Shown piece after piece: positions 38,432 through 47,368 of a stretch of 64,000 bases of DNA (position 1 is its first letter; each line of letters opens with the position of its first letter). Origin of the DNA: Candidatus Saccharimonadota bacterium. Its GTDB lineage: Bacteria; Patescibacteriota; Saccharimonadia; CAILAD01; GCA-016700035. A program made the position numbers and the translations under genes. The notes beneath the pieces were generated by a model, which was not told the origin of the DNA, searched no databases, and worked only from the letters and a program-made list of their open reading frames with translations. The stretch lies in the NCBI GenBank assembly GCA_046350755.1, contig JAXLZV010000001.1, positions 480,823-544,822 on the forward strand, given 5' to 3'.

Positions 38432-39691
38432 CTAGCGCTTGATGTCTATAAAATCTCGGCAAAACCGCTCAAAAATCGCATTCGTCCAGCCGAAGCCGAC
38501 TTGAGTAGGATACACCCCTTTGACCGGTGGCTTACCAGGCTGCACGACGTTGTATTTCTCAATGAAGTTACCATGCTCATTAAACCAGTCGAGATTTGTC
38601 CGTAGCCATTTAATCGCAATGCGGCGCGCCTCCCGCTGATAGCCGTAGCGCTGGAGGCCCTTCACTACCAAAAAATGTAGTGGCGCCCAACCGTTTGGAT
38701 GAGCCCATTGGGTCGGCACCGAGCCGGGCAATTTTGCGATCGCCGGCAGCTCGGTCGTTGCAAGTCCACCCTTATGCTCAAAGCGCCGCAAGTTTTTTAC
38801 TAAATATGCCGCCTGTTCTGTACTCGCCATGCCAGCCCACATTGGATAGTAGCCGGCTAGGGAATTCACCTTTGAACGAGCTTTCTTCACGTAATTATAA
38901 TCAAAATACGTTTTTTGTAAGCGATCCCACATCAACTGATTCATCGTCTGTTTACGATCTTCGGCGATCCGACGCCAGGCTATCTCGCCGTGGCTATCAC
39001 CGAGAATATGCGCCGTCTCGGCAAAATCGACCTCATATTTATACAGCAAAGCGTTCAGATCTACTGGCAAATAATTCAACGCGTGACGACTAAACCGCGT
39101 AGTCATGTCCCAACCGCTCTCAGCTTCGGCTAGGTCATGCAGTACATTGATGTCATAGTAGCGACTTAAGCCGTAGTAGACCCTGCGATCATGCGGCTTA
39201 TGGGTGCCAAGCCAGACAGAATGATATTCCGCTTGGGCCACCTTCATGCTAGTTTTGAGCCAGGTTGATGACATACCGAATGCTCGATACACATCCATAA
39301 TGTAACTCGATAGCAGGGGTGGATGCGACCGCCCCATCAGATAAGTACGACTAGCGTTGGGTATAATATGAAACCGCTCGTACATATGAATGAGGTTCTC
39401 CAGCATACCGAGCACCAAATCCTTGTGCCGAGCATCAAGCAGCCCTTGGGCGATAAAATAGCTATCCCAATAATACTGCTCAGGAAAATCAAACTCTCTG
39501 CCCGGCTCATAGGCTGGTACGATATATGGCTTTGGCAAAGCGATGAGCGTTGACTCTTGCTTTGGATTGAAGCGCGTCAGATGATCCCAGTAGTGGGCGA
39601 TGTGTTGACGAGCGGCGGCGACATCACGCGATGAGAGATTCCCTCCAGGGCGCTGAAAGGCATGAATGAGTTGTCTTGTTCGGCCGAGCAT
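38432..39691 (-). CDS. treA: trehalase (glycoside hydrolase family 37)
   Basis: Trehalase signature 2 QWAHPNGWAPL. A signature-1-like PGREFDFPEQYYWDSYF. 419 aa. Confidence 0.8.
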   Translation of the reverse strand: MLGRTRQLIHAFQRPGGNLSSRDVAAARQHIAHYWDHLTRFNPKQESTLIALPKPYIVPAYEPGREFDFPEQYYWDSYFIAQGLLDARHKDLVLGMLENLIHMYERFHIIPNASRTYLMGRSHPPLLSSYIMDVYRAFGMSSTWLKTSMKVAQAEYHSVWLGTHKPHDRRVYYGLSRYYDINVLHDLAEAESGWDMTTRFSRHALNYLPVDLNALLYKYEVDFAETAHILGDSHGEIAWRRIAEDRKQTMNQLMWDRLQKTYFDYNYVKKARSKVNSLAGYYPMWAGMASTEQAAYLVKNLRRFEHKGGLATTELPAIAKLPGSVPTQWAHPNGWAPLHFLVVKGLQRYGYQREARRIAIKWLRTNLDWFNEHGNFIEKYNVVQPGKPPVKGVYPTQVGFGWTNAIFERFCRDFIDIKR

Positions 39692-39733
39692 AAGCCCATT
39701 ATACTAGCAATCTGAAAGTGTGCTGCCTACCAA

Positions 39734-40384
39734 GTGGCACGTCAATTTGCGATAATGTTACTTAGGCATCATTTAAGCACTTATACGGAGGCTATCATCC
39801 GCTTACCTTTTCGGCGCAAGCCGGCTTCACCAGTCAATCTCTCAGAGCTGGTCAAATACGACCCCACCACCGAGTATCTACGTGACTATCCGACAACTGA
39901 ACGCACTTTCGCCTTTGTCGACGTATCGGAGTTCACAAATTACACACAAAAGTATGGCATCCACGCCGCGGCACAGATGCTGACTAAGTTTCGCGGAGCC
40001 GTTCGAATCGTCGTCGGACGTCACCGGGTGCGAGTCGCCAAATGGCTCGGTGATGGAGTGATGTTGGTTGGTGTACATTCCCAGCCAGTATGTGAAGCCG
40101 TTATGGAGCTCAATGAGCTGTTTCGTGGCGATGAATTTTTCATCCACTCCGGTATCTGCCAGGGATCAGTGATTATTTTTGAAGGTGATGATTATGTCGG
40201 TAGAACGGTCAATATCGCGTCGCGACTGTCTGATCACGCCCGACCGTCCGAAATATGTGTCTACAATCTCAAGTCGACAAATATCCCAAAGAACATGAAG
40301 CTCGAGAAACTCAACGACACAGTCATGATCCGGGGCGTAGGCGAGCTCGAGGGAGTCGCCTCACTCCACTATCGTCGGCGCTAA
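39734..40384 (+). CDS. stand-alone class III nucleotidyl (adenylate/guanylate-type) cyclase catalytic domain
   Basis: FVDVSEFT (metal-binding Asp), KWLGDGVM, IHSGICQGSV and VGRTVNIASRL align to the CHD cyclase motifs. GTG start at 39734, or an ATG at 39755. Confidence 0.7.
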   Translation: MARQFAIMLLRHHLSTYTEAIIRLPFRRKPASPVNLSELVKYDPTTEYLRDYPTTERTFAFVDVSEFTNYTQKYGIHAAAQMLTKFRGAVRIVVGRHRVRVAKWLGDGVMLVGVHSQPVCEAVMELNELFRGDEFFIHSGICQGSVIIFEGDDYVGRTVNIASRLSDHARPSEICVYNLKSTNIPKNMKLEKLNDTVMIRGVGELEGVASLHYRRR

Positions 40385-40422
40385 ATGAATCCTATTTAAG
40401 CGGCTTCTGTCGCAACCTGCCT

Positions 40423-40698
40423 TTAGCTCACAACCCCGTAAAATGATTCAAGTAATTTATAGACGATATAGGCCGGCCAGACGATGGATTTTAGTATGGC
40501 AGTAACTACCGCCCCAAAGCCGGCCGCTGCTTGCAGCCAATACACCAGCGATCCTATGAGCCCGAGACCATAGACCGCCCCGCCAGTGCCATGAGCAGCC
40601 GTATTTTTTTTCGACTCTTGTTTACACCAGTTTTTCCAGTCTTCAGCTCCGGTGATATCAGCCTTGATTTCAATCTTTGGTTCTTGAGATTTTGCCAT
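40423..40698 (-). CDS. small 2-TM membrane protein
   Basis: 91 aa. Charged N-terminus followed by a Gly-rich TM hairpin (GTGGAVYGLGLIGSLVYWL...). Confidence 0.45.
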   Translation of the reverse strand: MAKSQEPKIEIKADITGAEDWKNWCKQESKKNTAAHGTGGAVYGLGLIGSLVYWLQAAAGFGAVVTAILKSIVWPAYIVYKLLESFYGVVS

Positions 40699-40764
40699 GA
40701 GAGTCCTCCACTTTTCTAGCTTTATTATAGACCTATCGACAAGCCCGCAATAATGAAGTGAGCC

Positions 40765-41028
40765 CTATGAAGATTTGTCGCGATGCGGGCAGCCAGCCCA
40801 GCAACACGGTCGCCGCTTGCCCGTCACAAGCTCTTCAGTCACGCGACGTACATGATCAGCTCTGGTCTCAGCCCGCTTTACCGACACAGTCCAACAGATC
40901 CACTCATTGCGCGCGAGCGGCGTGATGTCTTCCCATTCTGCGAGTGCGTCTGGAGAACTAGCGAGAGCCTTACGCAAATCATCAGGTAAGTCGTGTACTA
41001 CGCCGCCGGCAATTGTCGCTGTTTTCAT
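40765..41028 (-). CDS. YdeI/OmpD-associated family protein
   Basis: DLPDDLRKALASSPDALAEWEDITPLARNEWICWTVSVKRAETRADHVRRVTEEL matches the YdeI pattern. Confidence 0.5.
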   Translation of the reverse strand: MKTATIAGGVVHDLPDDLRKALASSPDALAEWEDITPLARNEWICWTVSVKRAETRADHVRRVTEELVTGKRRPCCWAGCPHRDKSS

Positions 41029-41067
41029 AAAAATATTATCTCATAATAACATGTAGATATGGATCTC

Positions 41068-41109
41068 TTGACATTTTTCATTGACAATTAATAGCTTGAC
41101 TGCTAACAT
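41068..41109 (+). promoter_or_regulatory. promoter with tandem TTGACA motifs and a -10 TAACAT
   Basis: TTGACA at 41068 and 41081, TTGACT at 41096, and -10 TAACAT at 41104-41109 spaced 17 nt from the second TTGACA. AAGGAG RBS at about 41129 and ATG at 41141. Confidence 0.5.
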
Positions 41110-41140
41110 CTCCATACCGTACCTCAAAAAGGAGTGTGAA

Positions 41141-41620
41141 ATGGCCAGTCTGGCTATTACCCGTCAAGAAGTCAGCCCGCTCGGCTTCGAGAAAATCGAC
41201 GCCATTCTGGCATTTTGTGAGCCCGCTGTCATTCAGCGGTTTGCTCTCGATCAGCATGTCAGTTACGAGGAGGCAGATGCAGTCTTCCTGGGGCTGATGC
41301 AGTTCTTCGTGGCAAGCTCGTTCATGTCGGGCTACAAAACCCCATCGATGGCCATCGATGACATGTGGCACACCTTCGTGCTGCACATGCGTGAGTATGA
41401 GCGATTCTGCTTCGAGATCATGAACGGCACCGTGTACCACAGTCCGGGAACAGACGACAGTGCGTTCGCGTTCTACCCAGCCACTCGAGCCGTCGCCGCC
41501 GAGCTGTGTGGTGAGCTCAACGAGAGTGTGTGGCCCTCAGAACATGCTCCTCACCCGGAGGCGCGCTGCATTTCCTGCGACTTCACACCAGAAGCTCGGT
41601 TCGCCGCTTTGATGCGGTAG
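41141..41620 (+). CDS. hypothetical cytoplasmic protein
   Basis: Start refined to MASLAITRQ at 41141. The track start is the TTG inside the -35 box. No recognisable family. Confidence 0.45.
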   Translation: MASLAITRQEVSPLGFEKIDAILAFCEPAVIQRFALDQHVSYEEADAVFLGLMQFFVASSFMSGYKTPSMAIDDMWHTFVLHMREYERFCFEIMNGTVYHSPGTDDSAFAFYPATRAVAAELCGELNESVWPSEHAPHPEARCISCDFTPEARFAALMR

Positions 41621-41637
41621 GAGTCCGACATTTTATA

Positions 41638-41676
41638 CCGCAGCCTGATAACCCTTAGGCTGCGGGTTTTATTTCT
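41638..41676 (+). terminator. rho-independent terminator
   Basis: CCGCAGCCTGATAACCCTTAGGCTGCGGG followed by TTTTATTTC. Confidence 0.7.
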
Positions 41677-41799
41677 ACAAAGATAGAAAACATTCATTAT
41701 GAACCTCAATCTCCTCTCAAAAAGCCGGGGCAAGTGGCTATGTCTTCTCCATCTTGTCTCTCCGAACCTCCGGTTCGAGCCTGCTTCACAGGTCAATGC

Positions 41800-41826
41800 A
41801 AAAAGCCGCCACAATGTGACGGCTCT
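41800..41826 (-). terminator. rho-independent terminator of the tRNA-Asn transcript
   Basis: On the minus strand, GCCGTCACattGTGGCGGC followed by TTTTT, directly 3' of the tRNA. Confidence 0.6.
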
Positions 41827-41831
41827 TTGCA

Positions 41832-41906
41832 TGGCTCCGGGGGCCGGATTCGAACCGGCGGCCAATTGGTTAACAGCCAACTGCTCTACCGCTGAGCTAC
41901 CCCGGA
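41832..41906 (-). tRNA. tRNA-Asn (anticodon GUU), CCA encoded
   Basis: Manual fold of the 75-nt sequence gives a 7-bp acceptor stem, U8, D-stem gctc/gagc with an agcggta loop, anticodon stem gttgg/ccaat with loop cuGUUaa, T-arm gccgg-TTCGAAT-ccggc, discriminator G and CCA. Confidence 0.8.
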
Positions 41907-41982
41907 ATACCGCGTAATTATACCTTTTCACCAGATAAGGCGTCAATCGTAGTGCATCGCCCAACGCGGTATACTATACATA

Positions 41983-43026
41983 ATGAAGCGTCGGAACCAT
42001 CAAACTACCCTACTTGCCCCGATTTTGAAATGGTCGGCAATCAGCCTAACCCTGCTTTTTGTGGTCAGTGTCATTCTCATGATGAGCTTTGCTGAGCGCC
42101 ATAAAAATGATCCTGAAGTCATCGGTGTGAGTTTCTCGCAAGTACAAGCTGAGCGGTTTGGCCTGAATTGGCGTGAAGTCTATCTGGCGACAATGGATGA
42201 TCTGGGTTTTCGGCACCTCCGTCTCGCGACGTACTGGGATCGAATAGAGAAATCGCCTGGCCAATACGATTTCTCGGAGCTAGATTTTATGGTGCGCGAA
42301 GCCGAAAAGCGTAACGCCAAAATCAAACTCGTCGTCGGCCAAAAAGTCATTCGCTATCCGGAATGCTTTTATCCAGATTGGCTCGATCGTAACGACCCAC
42401 AAGCTGTCGCCACCGGAGCCAATCAGCTAATTAGTAAAACTGTCGAACGCTACCGCGACAGCCCAGCCATCGAGGTGTGGCAGGTAGAAAACGAATTTCT
42501 CCTCAAAACTTTTGGTGTCTGCCCGAAGCAAAATCTCACCAACGCCGCCCTGAAACGCGAAATCTCGACCGTCCGTAGTCTCGACCCGAACCGTCCAATT
42601 GAGCTCTCACAGTCCAACCAGAATGGCTTCCCAGCTCTCGGGCCAAATACTGAATTCTTTGGCTTCTCGATGTATCGCATCGTTCACAATAATGTCTTCG
42701 GCTACTTCGTGTATCCACAAAATGGTATCTACAATTGGTGGAAGGCGGCCTTGATTGAAGCCTACCGTGGCACCACCGTCACTATTCACGAATTGCAAGG
42801 TGAGGCCTGGGGATCGAAGGGTAATGAAGAATTATCCTGGGAGGAGGCTCGGATGTCGATGAACCCGGACCAACTGCGTGATAATATCGCTTACGCCCGG
42901 GAAACTCGCATAAAGAAAATGTATCTCTGGGGCACTGAGTGGTGGTACTACCTCAAAGTAAAACAAGATAATCTACAGATGTGGGAAGCGGCGCGGTCAA
43001 TCATCACCGAAAGTCAGAATCAGTAG
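41983..43026 (+). CDS. membrane-anchored TIM-barrel glycoside hydrolase (GH5/clan GH-A-like)
   Basis: N-terminal TM anchor. WQVENEF (NEP-like acid/base motif) and a later E-containing strand. 347 aa. Confidence 0.5.
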   Translation: MKRRNHQTTLLAPILKWSAISLTLLFVVSVILMMSFAERHKNDPEVIGVSFSQVQAERFGLNWREVYLATMDDLGFRHLRLATYWDRIEKSPGQYDFSELDFMVREAEKRNAKIKLVVGQKVIRYPECFYPDWLDRNDPQAVATGANQLISKTVERYRDSPAIEVWQVENEFLLKTFGVCPKQNLTNAALKREISTVRSLDPNRPIELSQSNQNGFPALGPNTEFFGFSMYRIVHNNVFGYFVYPQNGIYNWWKAALIEAYRGTTVTIHELQGEAWGSKGNEELSWEEARMSMNPDQLRDNIAYARETRIKKMYLWGTEWWYYLKVKQDNLQMWEAARSIITESQNQ

Positions 43027-44184
43027 CTACTTCTTCAGCGCCTGTCGATAACCCTTGATAATCTCTCCGGCTGACTGAGCCCAGGAGTATTGCTTCACTT
43101 GAGCATAGCCGAGTTTTACCAGCTCAGCCTGGCGCTGCTTGCTGCTCAGCACTTTTATAATCGCATCGGCAATTGCCTGTGGATTCTTCGGGTCAAAATA
43201 TTCAACTGCCTCACCATAGATTTCTGGCAAACAGGTGGCATTTGAGCTGACAACCGGCAAGCCCCAAGCCATCGCCTCGAGGCCGGGAATCCCAAAACCT
43301 TCTGACAATGAGGGGAAAACGTATAAACTAGCACGGCGATACAGCTCGGCCAGCTCCTCATCAGTAACGTAGTCGGTAAAAATAATATGATCTTGAAGTT
43401 TGCGTTTTTTAACTAACTTTTCCAGCCTCAGATGAAACTCATCTTTACGGCCAGCTAAAACCAGCTTGTGCTCAAAACTGGCATCTTTTATGAGCTTTTG
43501 ATAAGCGGCAATCAGTCGCTCAAGGTTTTTGTGTGGGTAGGCGTTACCTACGTATAAAAGGAATCTATCTGTCGATTTCAGATTAAAACGCTTTAAGTTA
43601 ACTGGCTGCTTTGGGTGCGGCTTGTCGGCAGCATTATGAGTGACAATTAACTTCTTCTGCTCCTTTACTCGATAGCGCTTGGCGATGTCCTGCTTCACAA
43701 ACTCAGATGGCGTAAAAATGACTCGGCTACGTTTGACGGCTGTTTTGAGTACATGCCTCATCACTACGTCTTTGAGTCGGTAGGTAAACGGCGCCAGCAA
43801 TCCCCCGCGAATGTTCTTAAAACGCAGTAGCGTCAGGTCATGTACTGTGACTACGTAGGGCTTTCGATAGCCCAGCGGCACGTTAAAATTCGTAAAATGC
43901 ACGAGGTCAGGATTGAGTGTATCAAGTAACTTAGGGAGAGCAATTTGCTCTTGCGGGGTATACCAGACGATGTCCGTCTCGACATACTCAACTCGACCTT
44001 TTGGTAATGGCAGGCAATTTGATTCACCTGGTCGAACCAAGATAATGTAGTGGTTTTTCGGGTCCTGACGAATTATCTCTATCAAGAGATTCTCCACATA
44101 GCGACCGATACCGCTATATTTTATCCACCGTCCATCGACTACTATGCGCTTCATGCTCATCATTATACCTGGAAGCTGTGTCAC
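43027..44184 (-). CDS. GT4 family glycosyltransferase
   Basis: EGFGIPGLEAMAWGLPVVSS is the GT4 catalytic motif. 385 aa. Confidence 0.8.
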   Translation of the reverse strand: MTQLPGIMMSMKRIVVDGRWIKYSGIGRYVENLLIEIIRQDPKNHYIILVRPGESNCLPLPKGRVEYVETDIVWYTPQEQIALPKLLDTLNPDLVHFTNFNVPLGYRKPYVVTVHDLTLLRFKNIRGGLLAPFTYRLKDVVMRHVLKTAVKRSRVIFTPSEFVKQDIAKRYRVKEQKKLIVTHNAADKPHPKQPVNLKRFNLKSTDRFLLYVGNAYPHKNLERLIAAYQKLIKDASFEHKLVLAGRKDEFHLRLEKLVKKRKLQDHIIFTDYVTDEELAELYRRASLYVFPSLSEGFGIPGLEAMAWGLPVVSSNATCLPEIYGEAVEYFDPKNPQAIADAIIKVLSSKQRQAELVKLGYAQVKQYSWAQSAGEIIKGYRQALKK

Positions 44185-44296
44185 CGTCTCGCCAAGCTGC
44201 TAGGTAGGCATAGTGAAATTGGCCGTGCTTGCACGGGTTAATTACTGTTCGGTAAACTGTTTGGCATTCCCATCCACGACTCACAGGGGGTGAATC

Positions 44297-45496
44297 ATGG
44301 GAATCAGGAGGGTAAGTCTACGAGCACTGATTGCAGTTCTCGTTGGGATGTTCTTCGTCTCGGTTCCCGTTGGTGTGGCCAGCGCAACCGAGGTCAGATC
44401 AGGCGCCAGCTGGAACTGGCGAGCACCTTGGATAGATGCCTATAGCCGCATTGGCGGCGCGACCGCTATTGGCTCTCCGGAGAATACGGTCCACAGCTGG
44501 GCACATGGTTGCTTGCAGGATTACGGCGGCGGTCAATATTTCGACTCCGCCCTAATGTCACCAGGTTGCACTACAGGCCGGGTTTACCCAGTTATCGGTC
44601 AGCACTGGCAGTTCGTCGCAGCAGTCGGCGCCAGTACCATTGGCTATCCGCAAAACGACTCTCATCGCTGGGGAGCGGGGTGGACTCAAGATTTCGACGG
44701 CGGAGACTGGGGACCATCACTACTTATGCGGGGTGATGCCGTAGGGCAGGTCCACGCTGTGCATACTGGCTTTCGGGATTACTACCTATCACAAAGTGGC
44801 CCTGGTGGCTGGCTCGGCTACCCGACTAGCGACGAGTACATCTGGGCAAACAATTCTCGACAAGACTTTCAGGGTGGGTCAATTGTTTGGGCACCGTATC
44901 TTGGCGTCAGGCCCGTCCCCATCTGGAATGAACGCGCTACCTACCACGGAGTCAGTGATCCAACTGTCTATGTAGTTATAAATGGTCGTAGCTACGGCGT
45001 AACCAGTCCAGAGCAACTAACCACTTGCTACGGCGGCTGGGGGCCGGTTCGCTGGATCAGCGATGACGCTACCAATCTCTCACTATCAGCCTACCCCTAC
45101 TCTGGAGCTGCACCCGCATGCATAGCTCCGCGCGAGGCGCATGCGGCAACCTGGGCTCAAGCTCAGCTCGGCCGCACCGACCGCAATGGCTGGTGTGAGC
45201 TGTTTGTCGAAGAAGCCTTCGCAACTCACGGCCGCTATATCTCGGCGGCCGCCCATCTAGCCCAGAAGCGTGCGAGCAATCAGCTTCACGCCGGCGATAC
45301 GGCGGTACCAGTTGGTGCTATCGCCTTCTTCGCCCCAAGTTGGCAAAACGGCTACAATGGGCACGTCATGATATCGATTGGCAATGGTCAATTCGTCAGT
45401 ACTGGCGCGCGCGTCTTCATTACCGGCATCAATCAAACACTGTTTGGTCCTTACGCGGGCTGGACTTACGCCGATAGCACTTGGCCGAGCCGCTAA
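44297..45496 (+). CDS. secreted cell-wall hydrolase with three LGFP repeats and a C-terminal NlpC/P60- or CHAP-like Cys/His domain
   Basis: Signal peptide. LGFP-type repeats G[GA]..IG.P.....W..G..Q.F.GG. C-terminal NGWCELFVEEAF ... NGHVMISIGNG, a Cys...His pair. Confidence 0.6.
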   Translation: MGIRRVSLRALIAVLVGMFFVSVPVGVASATEVRSGASWNWRAPWIDAYSRIGGATAIGSPENTVHSWAHGCLQDYGGGQYFDSALMSPGCTTGRVYPVIGQHWQFVAAVGASTIGYPQNDSHRWGAGWTQDFDGGDWGPSLLMRGDAVGQVHAVHTGFRDYYLSQSGPGGWLGYPTSDEYIWANNSRQDFQGGSIVWAPYLGVRPVPIWNERATYHGVSDPTVYVVINGRSYGVTSPEQLTTCYGGWGPVRWISDDATNLSLSAYPYSGAAPACIAPREAHAATWAQAQLGRTDRNGWCELFVEEAFATHGRYISAAAHLAQKRASNQLHAGDTAVPVGAIAFFAPSWQNGYNGHVMISIGNGQFVSTGARVFITGINQTLFGPYAGWTYADSTWPSR

Positions 45497-45503
45497 TATT
45501 TCT

Positions 45504-45533
45504 CCCCCGTCAGAAATGGCGGGGTATTTTATT
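45504..45533 (+). terminator. rho-independent terminator
   Basis: CCCCCGTCAGAAATGGCGGGG followed by TATTTTATT. Confidence 0.6.
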
Positions 45534-45599
45534 GCCTGTAGTTTCGCTGCCGAACAAAAACCGGGTATACTAGAGACGAAAAGCATTCCTTTCATATAT

Positions 45600-47366
45600 A
45601 TGCAGTCTGATAAATTTACCATCCCTAATCCAAAGCATCTCGAACTTTGGCAGAAGCTTCTGCTAGGTTTCTTGATCGTTGGCTTATCGATATTAGCTGT
45701 CCTAGCAGCAATGCGCATCGCCTACAATGGGCGTCTTTTGCCAGGAACAAAAGCCTACGGCATATATGTCGGCGGCATGACAAAAGCCGATGCAATAAGT
45801 CTTTTGCAACGCGAGACCGATCAATATGTGAGCTCGTCGACCATTATCGTAAACGCCCCGGGAGTAAACCCACTATCCATTCCCGCAAGTGAGGTTGAGG
45901 TTCAATACAATCCCGAAGCTATCGTCGACGAGCTTTATAAGCTCGGACGTGATGGTCAGCTCATGAATCAGCTGAGTGAGCAAGCTCTACTCCTCGTTGG
46001 CGCCCAGCAGCTGCCGACCGGGCAAGTGAGCTATAACCCGTCTAAACTATACGCCACTATTCAGCCCGCTTATGCCGCCCTCAATAAGCCAGCACAAAAT
46101 GCCAATTACGCAATTTCAAAAACCGGCGCACTCATCATTAACCCCGAAAAGTCCGGCCAACGACTCAACCTAGTGGCTTTTATCGGGAATTATGAAGCAC
46201 TCATCACCAACCTCGAACGAGGCGCCACCACCATACAGGCTAAATCACAGGCCGCTGCCATACCAAGTAGTGCTTTAGAATCCAAGCGCAATGCGCTTAC
46301 TCCCTTCATCTCATCACCACTCACACTCACTTATAGCTCAAAGACTTGGAAAATCCCGACCGCCGAGGTGCTGGGCTGGTTGAGTTACTCAGCTCAACAA
46401 GGTCCGGAGAAAAGCGATCTCTTGAATAATTATTACGCAAGCACACGGGTATCGCGAGCCGACGTCGACTTTGATACTGCCCGCATCAGCAGCTACCTTG
46501 GCGTCATTGCTAAAGACGTCAATCAGCCAGCCGTTGATGCCAAGCTTACTATTTCCGGTGACCGAGCCAGCATCTTCCAACAGAGTCAGGATGGTAGGGC
46601 TTTGGATACTGCTACCACATCAAAGACTATTATTGAGAATTTTCGAGCCAGCCAGCCGGCCTCCACTCTACCAGCTACCGTCGTCGTCACGAAGGCTGAT
46701 GTAAATGACAGTAATATCGATCGACTCGGCATTAAAGAATTGCTGTCTGAGGGGGTTACCTATTTCCCAGGCTCGAGCGCAAATCGCATTGTCAACGTCC
46801 GCGTTGGGTCGAGTAAATTCAATGGAGTCCTCCTCAAGCCTGGCCAAGTATTTAGCTTTGGACAACTCTTAGGTGACGTCGGCCCCGAGCAGGGCTATAG
46901 AGAGGGTCGGGTCATCCTGGAGGGCCGTCAGGAGAGTCAGTATGGTGGTGGCTTATGCCAAGTGAGCTCAACGGCGTTTCGAGCGGCCCTACTCGCCGGT
47001 TTACCAATACTTGAGCGCTACAACCACTCATTTGCTGTCAGCTACTACACTGCCCCATATGGCGTTCCCGGAATTGATGCCACTATCTACTATCCCCAAG
47101 TTGATTTTAAATTCCGCAATGACACCGATGCGTATATTCTCATTCAAACCGAGATGGTTGGCACCACTCTAAAATTCCGCTTCTTTGGCACTAAGAAAAA
47201 AGAGGGAGTTATTCGCGGACCAAACTTCATCTATGGATCAAACGACCCTAACCAACCTTCAAAGACCGTGTTCTATCGAGATATTAAGGTCGGAAATACC
47301 GTCGTCAAAACTGATACTTTTTACACGACCTATAAGTCTGCCGCTGATTTTCCAGCAGTCAATTAG
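45600..47366 (+). CDS. VanW family protein
   Basis: Start refined to MQSDKF at about 45600. The track TTG start at 45378 overlaps the upstream gene and its terminator. N-terminal TM. GGGLCQVSSTAFRAALLAGL and the C-terminal YYPQVDFKFRNDTD... are typical of VanW. Confidence 0.65.
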   Translation: MQSDKFTIPNPKHLELWQKLLLGFLIVGLSILAVLAAMRIAYNGRLLPGTKAYGIYVGGMTKADAISLLQRETDQYVSSSTIIVNAPGVNPLSIPASEVEVQYNPEAIVDELYKLGRDGQLMNQLSEQALLLVGAQQLPTGQVSYNPSKLYATIQPAYAALNKPAQNANYAISKTGALIINPEKSGQRLNLVAFIGNYEALITNLERGATTIQAKSQAAAIPSSALESKRNALTPFISSPLTLTYSSKTWKIPTAEVLGWLSYSAQQGPEKSDLLNNYYASTRVSRADVDFDTARISSYLGVIAKDVNQPAVDAKLTISGDRASIFQQSQDGRALDTATTSKTIIENFRASQPASTLPATVVVTKADVNDSNIDRLGIKELLSEGVTYFPGSSANRIVNVRVGSSKFNGVLLKPGQVFSFGQLLGDVGPEQGYREGRVILEGRQESQYGGGLCQVSSTAFRAALLAGLPILERYNHSFAVSYYTAPYGVPGIDATIYYPQVDFKFRNDTDAYILIQTEMVGTTLKFRFFGTKKKEGVIRGPNFIYGSNDPNQPSKTVFYRDIKVGNTVVKTDTFYTTYKSAADFPAVN

Positions 47367-47368
47367 TA

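Noticed and set aside
41551-41964. 137-aa minus-strand ORF
   Set aside because: It completely overlaps the tRNA-Asn gene and its terminator. It is an artefact of the open frame across structured RNA.
45378-45599. Track's TTG start extending the VanW ORF 74 codons upstream
   Set aside because: The extension overlaps the upstream gene's last 40 codons and its rho-independent terminator. An ATG with hydrophobic N-terminus at about 45600 is the more parsimonious start.
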